A stretch of 40,060 bases of DNA, taken from assembly GCA_964507605.1 (NCBI GenBank), contig CAZDQA010000001.1, positions 1 to 40,060 on the forward strand, in the 5' to 3' direction. Source of the DNA: an uncultured Pseudomonadales bacterium. Lineage in GTDB: Bacteria; Patescibacteriota; Microgenomatia; UBA1400; CG1-02-47-37. Below the pieces are notes generated by a model. That model was not told the DNA's origin. It searched no databases and worked only from the letters and a program-made list of their open reading frames with translations. Positions 34,667 to 40,060 of the stretch are shown one piece after another. A program made the translations under genes and the position numbers. The first letter of the stretch is position 1. The number at the start of each line of letters is the position of its first letter.

Positions 34667-34697
34667 TTGCTTTTCCCAGAGAGAGAGAGAGTAATAT
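34667..34697 (+). promoter_or_regulatory. Promoter of small ORF copy 2 (TTGCTT-N19-TAATAT) with (AG)7 in the spacer
   Basis: TTGCTT at 34667-34672, (AG)7 at 34678-34691, TAATAT at 34692-34697 and ATG at 34706. Confidence 0.45.
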
Positions 34698-34705
34698 TCT
34701 GGTCA

Positions 34706-34930
34706 ATGAGATTAGAAATCGGCATACAACAAGCAAAGCTGGGCGCCGTTGGTGATGAGTTTAAAACAGCCACTCCGCCCCCGCCGTTAGCTCCAAGAGA
34801 GTTAACACCTGCGCAAATTGTTGCCGGTCCTGATATTGGTCAAATGCAAGATTTAGCCGGCCAAATCGGCCAGTTAGCTCAGGCCCCCCAAAAAGTTGAA
34901 GCCCCTGCAACCCCCACTCCAGCTCAATAA
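34706..34930 (+). CDS. Small Pro/Gln/Ala-rich protein, family copy 2
   Basis: 74 aa. It differs from copy 1 only at residues 2 and 12 (MRLEIGIQQAKL...). Confidence 0.5.
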   Translation: MRLEIGIQQAKLGAVGDEFKTATPPPPLAPRELTPAQIVAGPDIGQMQDLAGQIGQLAQAPQKVEAPATPTPAQ

Positions 34931-34966
34931 TTTCCTTAAACTTTTTCCTAGAGAGATTTATCATGA

Positions 34967-34992
34967 TCCTTCAAGGTCCGTCCCTGAAGGCC
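34967..34992. repeat. REP-like hairpin copy H8 (identical to H6)
   Basis: Lies within the 858-bp duplicate. Confidence 0.75.
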
Positions 34993-34997
34993 TTATT

Positions 34998-35426
34998 TTA
35001 TTCGCTGAAAGCGCCCACAATTTTGATTTCTTTTACCGGTTGGCCGTCAACTTTTATAGTTAATCCCATAGTGGCGCCGGAATGGAAAAATATTTCTGCT
35101 CTGCCTCCTTTAGCGCTGGCGCGGTCGTTCACGATGGTGACTGGGCCAATGGTTTCTGGTTCATCTATAGTAATTAATCCCTTTTCTCCCCAAAACACTT
35201 CAGCCCCCCCACTGCTGTTGATGCCAATGCCTCCGAATGGTTTAGTATTAAAATTAAAATAAACCCCGTCATACTTATTGCCGTTTTCCGGCTTCCAAAG
35301 GGGAATGTCTGTATTATAAAATCCATGGGGGAATTTAGGATGTTCTGTCCAGCCTTCATTTGGTCTTGGTTCACGCTCCTGGCTTGAAATGGGATCTCTG
35401 GTAAAAATCTGTAAATCCAAATTCAT
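34998..35426 (-). CDS. Hypothetical protein (cassette gene 2, copy 2; identical to 34140..34568)
   Basis: Identical translation in the ORF track. Confidence 0.6.
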   Translation of the reverse strand: MNLDLQIFTRDPISSQEREPRPNEGWTEHPKFPHGFYNTDIPLWKPENGNKYDGVYFNFNTKPFGGIGINSSGGAEVFWGEKGLITIDEPETIGPVTIVNDRASAKGGRAEIFFHSGATMGLTIKVDGQPVKEIKIVGAFSE

Positions 35427-35434
35427 ATAAAAAA

Positions 35435-35488
35435 TCTCTGCTTCGGGCAGAGACAAATGTAATATACCTTAGTCTCGACAAATGTCAA
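35435..35488 (-). promoter_or_regulatory. Shared module copy c (identical to copy b)
   Basis: Lies within the 858-bp duplicate. Confidence 0.6.
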
Positions 35489-35498
35489 GGTTTTGTGA

Positions 35499-35524
35499 AC
35501 CTTCAGGGTTGATCCCTGTAGGCC
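35499..35524. repeat. REP-like hairpin copy H9 (identical to H7)
   Basis: Lies within the 858-bp duplicate. Confidence 0.75.
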
Positions 35525-35555
35525 TTGCTTTTCCCAGAGAGAGAGAGAGTAATAT
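35525..35555 (+). promoter_or_regulatory. Promoter of small ORF copy 3 (identical to copy 2)
   Basis: TTGCTT, (AG)7 and TAATAT, with the ATG at 35564. Confidence 0.45.
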
Positions 35556-35563
35556 TCTGGTCA

Positions 35564-35791
35564 ATGAGATTAGAAATCGGCATACAACAAGCAAAGCTGG
35601 GCGCCGTTGGTGATGAGTTCAAAACAGACACCCCGCCGCCGCCCTTACTTCCAAGAGAACCGTTAACCCCTGGGCAAATAGTTGCCGGCCCCGACATTAA
35701 CCAAATGCAAGAAGCGGTTGGTTATGCGGGGTGGTTACGTCAGACCCTTAAAAAAGTTAAAGCCGCTCTAACCCCTACTCCAACTCAATAA
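35564..35791 (+). CDS. Small Pro-rich protein, diverged family copy 3
   Basis: 75 aa: MRLEIGIQQAKLGAVGDEFKTDTPPPPLLPREPLTPGQIVAGPDINQMQEAVGYAGWLRQTLKKVKAALTPTPTQ. The N-terminal 21 aa, the IVAGPDI block and the TPTPxQ end are conserved while the middle is replaced. Confidence 0.5.
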   Translation: MRLEIGIQQAKLGAVGDEFKTDTPPPPLLPREPLTPGQIVAGPDINQMQEAVGYAGWLRQTLKKVKAALTPTPTQ

Positions 35792-35859
35792 TTTTCCTAA
35801 ACTTCCTAAGTTACCTAGTTTTCTTCTTTATAACCGTATCGCTATTTTTCTCCTTTTAA

Positions 35860-36438
35860 TTATACCTCGGGGTTTAAAAGATAAGGTCCATCAACAATTT
35901 CTATCATCATTTGATTTAAAGGGTACATTAGGTCTTCCCAAACCCGCATTCCTCGTAGCACTGGCATTCCTGTTTGTGGATTTGTTGGCGGATCCAAAAA
36001 CAGCACGATCTCTCCTTCTTCGGAAGGCGTGAGTCTTTCTGTCCGTGAAAATCTCCATTTACCATCTTCCAGGCAAGCTTCAACGAAAAAACCACCTGGG
36101 TCTGTGGACGCGCCAATCAGTCTCTGTGAATCTTTTGTTATCGTTACTAAAGGTTTGTCAGCTTCATTTTTTATGACGACTTCGAGATTGCCGTCTCTTT
36201 CCCTATACTGCAATCGATTAACGTTGGCCATTAAAGCGCTCTGATCATCGCTCTCCTGAACCAAGGCCATTATTGGTAACAAGCCGCCTTCTTGGGTACC
36301 AAAGGCTAATTGGATCAAGCGATCGGGGAACACCAACCCTTTATTAGAAAGTTCCTCAATTAGCATGGCTACTCCCGGCATTATCCGGTCCAGCTGCATC
36401 GGTCTCGGCTGTTTATCAATAGAGGATTCTGGTAGCAT
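35860..36438 (-). CDS. Hypothetical protein (cassette gene 3)
   Basis: 192-aa ORF preceded by the shared promoter/stem-loop module. No recognisable family. Confidence 0.6.
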   Translation of the reverse strand: MLPESSIDKQPRPMQLDRIMPGVAMLIEELSNKGLVFPDRLIQLAFGTQEGGLLPIMALVQESDDQSALMANVNRLQYRERDGNLEVVIKNEADKPLVTITKDSQRLIGASTDPGGFFVEACLEDGKWRFSRTERLTPSEEGEIVLFLDPPTNPQTGMPVLRGMRVWEDLMYPLNQMMIEIVDGPYLLNPEV

Positions 36439-36465
36439 AATCTCGTTTTATTTTTTTACTAAAAA

Positions 36466-36519
36466 TCTCTGCTTCGGGCAGAGACAATGTTAATATATCC
36501 TCTTCTCGACAAATGTCAA
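36466..36519 (-). promoter_or_regulatory. Shared module copy d: TTGACA-N16-TATATT promoter plus 19-nt stem-loop
   Basis: On the coding strand: TTGACA (complement of 36514-36519), TATATT (36492-36497), 7 nt, then TCTCTGCCCGAAGCAGAGA (36484-36466), 27 nt and the ATG at 36438. Confidence 0.6.
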
Positions 36520-36534
36520 GTTTTTGTATATAAT
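36506..36534 (+). promoter_or_regulatory. Candidate fusA-tuf promoter (TCGACA-N17-TATAAT), interdigitated with minus-strand module d
   Basis: TCGACA at 36506-36511 and TATAAT at 36529-36534. The -35 region overlaps the -35 of the opposing promoter. Confidence 0.45.
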
Positions 36535-36571
36535 CCGCTTACTATTAATTAACTCTATTTCTCTTAAAGCC

Positions 36572-36598
36572 ATCGCTTCCTCAAGAGAAGCGATTTTT
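36572..36598 (+). terminator. Terminator-like hairpin plus T-run 10 nt upstream of the fusA start
   Basis: ATCGCTTC-ctcaaga-GAAGCGAT followed by TTTTAT. Confidence 0.45.
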
Positions 36599-36608
36599 AT
36601 TGCCATCT

Positions 36609-38747
36609 ATGGCTGAACAATCCGCCACTGCCAAAAAGCGCCACGTGCCTCTGGATAAAATCCGGAATATCGGCATTATTGCCCATATTGATGCCGGCAA
36701 AACTACTACCACCGAGCGGATTCTTTTCTATACCGGAAAAACCTACAAACTTGGTGATATTGACGAAGGCACCACCCAGATGGACTGGATGGCCCAGGAG
36801 CGCGAGCGGGGCATTACCATTGTCTCTGCCGCCACCACTGCTTTCTGGACGCAAATTCTTCCCGGCGCCGTTCCCCATGAAGAATACCGCATTAACATTA
36901 TCGACACTCCCGGCCATGTGGACTTTACCGCCGAAGTCGAACGCTCCCTCCGCGTTTTAGACGGGGGGATTACTGTTTTAGATGCCGAAGAAGGCGTCCA
37001 GTCCCAATCAGAAACCGTCTGGCACCAGGCCGATAAATACAATGTTCCCCGTCTTTGTTTTGTTAATAAAATGGACAAGCTTGGGGCTGATTTTTTAGCC
37101 ACGGTTCAGGATATTAAAGACCGCCTCGGCGCCAATCCGGCCATTATGGCCCTGCCGATCGGGGTAGAGTCTTCGTTTAAGGGGATAGTTTTGCTCTTAG
37201 ATCAAAAAGCGATGATTTGGCATTCAGATGAAACCGGTGCTGAATATGACATTACCGATATTCCCCAAGACATGGCCGATCAGGTTAAAGAATACCGGGC
37301 CAAATTAATCGAACAAATTTCCGAGCATGACGACGCTTTGTTAAACAAATATTTAAACGGCGAAGAACCGACCGTGACGGAGCTAAAAACCGTTTTAAGA
37401 AAAGCCGTCATTGCCTACAAACTGGTGCCGATTTTTTGCGGTTCGTCTTTAAGAAACAAAGGCGTTCAGCCCTTGCTTGATGCCGTGGTTGAGTATCTGC
37501 CCAGCCCGGTCGATCTGAAAGAAGTCAAAGGCACCCACCCCAAAACTAATGCCGAAGAACTCCGCCTCTGCAACAATGAAGCCCCTTTCTGCGGTCTGGC
37601 TTTCAAAATTCAATCCGACCCGCACGTCGGCCGCTTAATCTATGTCCGCATTTACTCCGGCACCCTTAAATCCGGCAGCTATGTTTACAACTCTACCAAA
37701 GATAAAAAAGAACGTGTCGGCCGCCTGCTGTTAATGCATGCCAACGACCGCGAAGAAATTCCCGAAGCCTTTTCCGGGGAAATCGTCGCCCTGGTCGGTT
37801 TAAAAGACACCACCACCGGCAATACTTTAACTGATGATAGCCACCCGATTATTTTGGAAGGGATTACTTTTACCGAACCGGTCATCTCGTTGGCCATTGA
37901 GCCCAAAACCAAAGCCGACCAGGAAAAAATGGGTTTTGCCTTAAAGCGGCTTTCTGAAGAAGATCCTACTTTTACAATTAAATCCGATCCGGAAACCGGC
38001 CAAACCATTATTTCCGGCATGGGCGAACTGCACTTGGAAATTTTGGTCGACCGGATGAAGCGGGAATTTAAAGTCGAAGCCAACACCGGCCAACCCCAGG
38101 TTGCTTACAAAGAAACTATCAAAAAAATCGCCGAAGCCGAAGGTAAATACATTCGCCAATCCGGCGGCCGCGGCCAGTACGGCCACTGTTTCTTAAGGAT
38201 TGAGCCCAAAAGCCGCGGTGAGGGTTTTGAATTTGTTTCCGAAATCACCGGCGGCACCATTCCCCGGGAGTTTATTCCTCCGATCGGCAAGGGCGCCAAA
38301 GAAGCCGCGGAAAACGGCGTGATTGCCGGCTTTCCTTTAGTCGATGTCAAAGTGGCGGTTTACGACGGTTCTTTCCATGATGTTGACTCTTCGGAAATTG
38401 CCTTCAAAATTGCCGGTTCTATCGCTTTCCAGTCAGCGGTCAAACAGGCTGACCCGATTCTTTTGGAGCCGATCATGAAACTCGAAGTTTCTTCCCCCGA
38501 AGAATTTATGGGTGAGATTATCGGCGATCTGTCCAAAAAACGGGCCCGCATCTTAGGCACTAACAAGCGCGGCCGGATATTAATCATCAATGCCGAAGCC
38601 CCCTTGGCAGAAATGCCCCAATATGCTACTATTCTCCGTTCCATGACTCAAGGCCGGGCCAGCTTTTACATGGAGCCGTCCCACTACGAGGAAGTGCCCA
38701 ATAACATTGCCCAAAAAATTATTGCTAAATCTGCCAAAAACAGTTAA
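36609..38747 (+). CDS. fusA: Elongation factor G
   Basis: [51 protein letters not shown] and NKMD, plus the domain IV/V blocks. I prefer the ATG at 36609 over the TTG at 36600. Confidence 0.95.
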   Translation: MAEQSATAKKRHVPLDKIRNIGIIAHIDAGKTTTTERILFYTGKTYKLGDIDEGTTQMDWMAQERERGITIVSAATTAFWTQILPGAVPHEEYRINIIDTPGHVDFTAEVERSLRVLDGGITVLDAEEGVQSQSETVWHQADKYNVPRLCFVNKMDKLGADFLATVQDIKDRLGANPAIMALPIGVESSFKGIVLLLDQKAMIWHSDETGAEYDITDIPQDMADQVKEYRAKLIEQISEHDDALLNKYLNGEEPTVTELKTVLRKAVIAYKLVPIFCGSSLRNKGVQPLLDAVVEYLPSPVDLKEVKGTHPKTNAEELRLCNNEAPFCGLAFKIQSDPHVGRLIYVRIYSGTLKSGSYVYNSTKDKKERVGRLLLMHANDREEIPEAFSGEIVALVGLKDTTTGNTLTDDSHPIILEGITFTEPVISLAIEPKTKADQEKMGFALKRLSEEDPTFTIKSDPETGQTIISGMGELHLEILVDRMKREFKVEANTGQPQVAYKETIKKIAEAEGKYIRQSGGRGQYGHCFLRIEPKSRGEGFEFVSEITGGTIPREFIPPIGKGAKEAAENGVIAGFPLVDVKVAVYDGSFHDVDSSEIAFKIAGSIAFQSAVKQADPILLEPIMKLEVSSPEEFMGEIIGDLSKKRARILGTNKRGRILIINAEAPLAEMPQYATILRSMTQGRASFYMEPSHYEEVPNNIAQKIIAKSAKNS

Positions 38748-38778
38748 AATATATCAATTAAATTATTAAGGAGGCTCT

Positions 38779-39957
38779 ATGGCCACTTTTCAACGCACTA
38801 AACCGCATGTAAATGTCGGCACCATTGGTCACGTCGATCACGGTAAGACCACTTTATCTGCGGCTATTACCCAATATTTAGCCAAGAAAAACCTGGCTAC
38901 TGCCATGAAGTTTGAGGATATTGATAAATCCCCCGAAGAAAAGGAGCGGGGCATTACTATCTCGATTAGTCATTTAGAGTACGAGACCGAAAAACGCCAC
39001 TATGCGCATATTGACTGTCCCGGACACAAGGACTATATCAAGAACATGATTACCGGCGCGGCCCAAATGGACGGCGCTATTTTAGTGGTTGCCGCCACCG
39101 ATGGCCCTATGCCCCAAACCCGCGAACACATCTTGCTGGCCCGCCAGGTTAATGTGCCGGCCTTGGTGGTTTTCTTAAACAAATGCGACGCTGTCGATGA
39201 TAAAGAAATGATCGATTTAGTCGAAGAGGAAATTCGCGAACTGCTAACCAAGTATGAATTTCCCGGTAAAGACATTCCCATTATTCGCGGCAGTGCCCTC
39301 AAAGCCCTGGAAGGGGATGCTGAAGCCGAAAAATCCATCGCCGCCTTGGTAAAAGCGCTGGATGAATCTATTCCCGAGCCCAAACGGCCGCTGGACCAGC
39401 CGTTTTTAATGGCCGTCGAAGACGTCTTCTCGATCAAAGGCCGCGGCACGGTCGCTACCGGCCGGATTGACCGGGGTAAGATTAAAGTCGGTGAAGAAGT
39501 CGAAATTGTCGGCTTAAAACAGTCTAAAAAATCCGTGGTTACCGGCGTCGAGATGTTCCGGAAACAGCTCGATGAAGGCCTGGCCGGCGATAATGTTGGC
39601 ATTCTCTTAAGAGGGATTGAAAAAGACGACATTGAACGCGGTCAGGTTTTAGCCAAGCCGGGTTCAGTTACCGCCCACACGGAGTTTGAAGCCCAGGTTT
39701 ATATCTTGAGCAAAGAAGAAGGTGGTCGTCACACTCCTTTTTTCACTGGTTACAAACCCCAGTTTTACATCCGGACCACTGATGTGACCGGCGATGTTTC
39801 CCTCGAAAAAGGGGTGGAAATGGTTATGCCTGGCGATAATGCCAAGATGACTGTCAAACTCATTCAGCCGGTTGCCTTAGAAGAAGGCTTGCGGTTTGCT
39901 ATCCGCGAGGGTGGCTTAACTGTTGGGGCTGGAGCGATTACTAAAATCCTTGCCTAA
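38779..39957 (+). CDS. tuf: Elongation factor Tu
   Basis: 392 aa with [18 protein letters not shown] and NKCD. A strong Shine-Dalgarno (AAGGAGG) lies 5 nt upstream. Confidence 0.97.
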   Translation: MATFQRTKPHVNVGTIGHVDHGKTTLSAAITQYLAKKNLATAMKFEDIDKSPEEKERGITISISHLEYETEKRHYAHIDCPGHKDYIKNMITGAAQMDGAILVVAATDGPMPQTREHILLARQVNVPALVVFLNKCDAVDDKEMIDLVEEEIRELLTKYEFPGKDIPIIRGSALKALEGDAEAEKSIAALVKALDESIPEPKRPLDQPFLMAVEDVFSIKGRGTVATGRIDRGKIKVGEEVEIVGLKQSKKSVVTGVEMFRKQLDEGLAGDNVGILLRGIEKDDIERGQVLAKPGSVTAHTEFEAQVYILSKEEGGRHTPFFTGYKPQFYIRTTDVTGDVSLEKGVEMVMPGDNAKMTVKLIQPVALEEGLRFAIREGGLTVGAGAITKILA

Positions 39958-39985
39958 AAAATTATTAATTAGTTTATAAAATATA

Positions 39986-40025
39986 GTGTCACTGTGTCAC
40001 TGTGGCACTGTGTCACTGTGTCACT
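39986..40025. repeat. 8-bp tandem repeat (GTGTCACT)x5, with one T>G variant
   Basis: Units at 39986, 39994, 40002 (GTGGCACT), 40010 and 40018. The repeat ends 10 nt before the rpsJ ATG. Confidence 0.9.
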
Positions 40026-40035
40026 TTCTTTATTT

Positions 40036-40060
40036 ATGCCAAAAGGCCGCATACGCATCA
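40036..40060 (+). CDS. rpsJ: 30S ribosomal protein S10, 5' end only (runs off the window)
   Basis: MPKGRIRI matches the usual S10 N-terminus (xxxKIRIKL type), and the position after tuf is canonical. Only 8 codons are visible. Confidence 0.55.

Larger units (their letters stand above)
33929..35619. repeat. Tandem direct duplication, period 858 bp (33929-34761 appears identical to 34787-35619)
   Basis: All ORF-track proteins in the two copies are identical (152-aa, 99-aa and 66-aa sets), and the coordinates are offset by exactly 858. By eye the first mismatches are at 33928/34786 and 34762/35620. Confidence 0.85.

Noticed and set aside
34105-35262. + strand 99-aa ORFs (34105-34404, 34963-35262) antisense to the 142-aa cassette gene.
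   Set aside because: They are shorter than the minus-strand ORF and start inside the hairpin repeat, with no promoter. The minus-strand ORF has the conserved promoter/stem-loop module and motif-level resemblance to the 160-aa cassette protein.
3671-35524. Integron-like attC sites and gene cassettes.
   Set aside because: The hairpins are only ~26 bp and lack the R''/L''-L'/R' core sites (RYYYAAC/GTTRRRY). The cassettes carry their own promoters and lie in both orientations. No intI-type tyrosine recombinase is present here. The possibility of some other recombination role is kept open in the findings.
33800-35620. Possible CRISPR array, because of regularly spaced identical hairpin-containing repeats.
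   Set aside because: The period is 858 bp, not ~60-75 bp. The 'spacers' are identical to each other and contain ORFs with promoters. No cas genes are present.
33848-35697. Minus-strand 64-67-aa ORFs opposite the small Pro-rich ORFs (33903-34106, 34761-34964, 35503-35697).
   Set aside because: The 67-aa frame is not preserved in the diverged third unit; a different, shifted ORF appears there. The + strand frame, in contrast, stays open with conserved ends and has a well-placed promoter. Strand assignment is still not proven.
33848-35791. Diversity-generating retroelement (template/variable repeat pair) as an explanation for the conserved-then-diverged small ORF copies.
   Set aside because: There is no reverse transcriptase or accessory gene in the window. 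The differences between copies are block replacements and mixed substitutions, not adenine-specific changes.
2480-40035. tRNA, rRNA or other known structured RNA genes in the intergenic spacers.
   Set aside because: All spacers are shorter than 200 bp. None shows a cloverleaf-compatible arrangement (acceptor or T-arm GTTCRANNC motifs) or any rRNA-like sequence by eye. A covariance-model scan would be needed to exclude small ncRNAs.
1-40060. Alternative genetic code (UGA recoding, as in some CPR lineages).
   Set aside because: Several well-conserved genes end at TGA at the expected position (for example the ICMT-like gene at 4198-4200, the DUF3795-like gene and copZ), and no conserved protein is interrupted by in-frame TGA. 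The standard bacterial code fits.

Overview
This is a 40-kb chromosomal segment from a small-genome bacterium. It is most likely a CPR/Patescibacteria-type organism. That is an inference from the compact gene spacing, trimmed housekeeping proteins and Pro-rich N-terminally anchored surface proteins. The genetic code is standard: TGA, TAA and TAG all end long ORFs.

Almost all genes lie on the + strand, in this order:
- rpsO-pnp, a J-domain protein, then three small accessory genes (ICMT-like, DUF3795-like, GNAT) and a convergent type II pantothenate kinase.
- A copper cluster: ArsR-TRASH regulator, CopA, a permease-cupredoxin fusion and CopZ.
- A protease-less Lon AAA+ module, a short RNase J, FtsK, a RodZ-like protein, SurE, a YtxG/YtxH-like pair and a 571-aa AlaRS.
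- An actin-fold/TM protein, sortase, RuvX, a zinc-ribbon peptide and MltG.
- rpoB-rpoC-rpsL-rpsG [insert] fusA-tuf-rpsJ'.

The stand-out feature is a ~6.3-kb block wedged between rpsG and fusA. It holds a small VTT/DedA-like membrane gene, two Pro-rich anchored paralogs and a third paralog truncated exactly at a repeat hairpin. These are followed by an inverted (minus-strand) array of unrecognisable genes. Four of those genes carry the same promoter plus 19-nt 5' stem-loop module. They are interleaved with a family of small leaderless + strand Pro-rich ORFs, and the array includes an 858-bp near-perfect tandem duplication.

Two further patterns run through the window:
- A ~26-bp REP-like hairpin family (A-CCTnCAnGG-N5-CCnTGnAGG-CC) occurs nine times. 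It is found only in the two accessory regions, delimits single-gene cassettes, and in two cases supplies the last codons and stop of an ORF.
- Transcription-unit first genes show a recurrent leaderless architecture, with a -10 element (often TGnTAGAAT) ending 5-8 nt before the ATG.

No rRNA, tRNA, CRISPR array, transposase or integrase gene is visible. All family calls rest on motif recognition by eye; no database searches were run.
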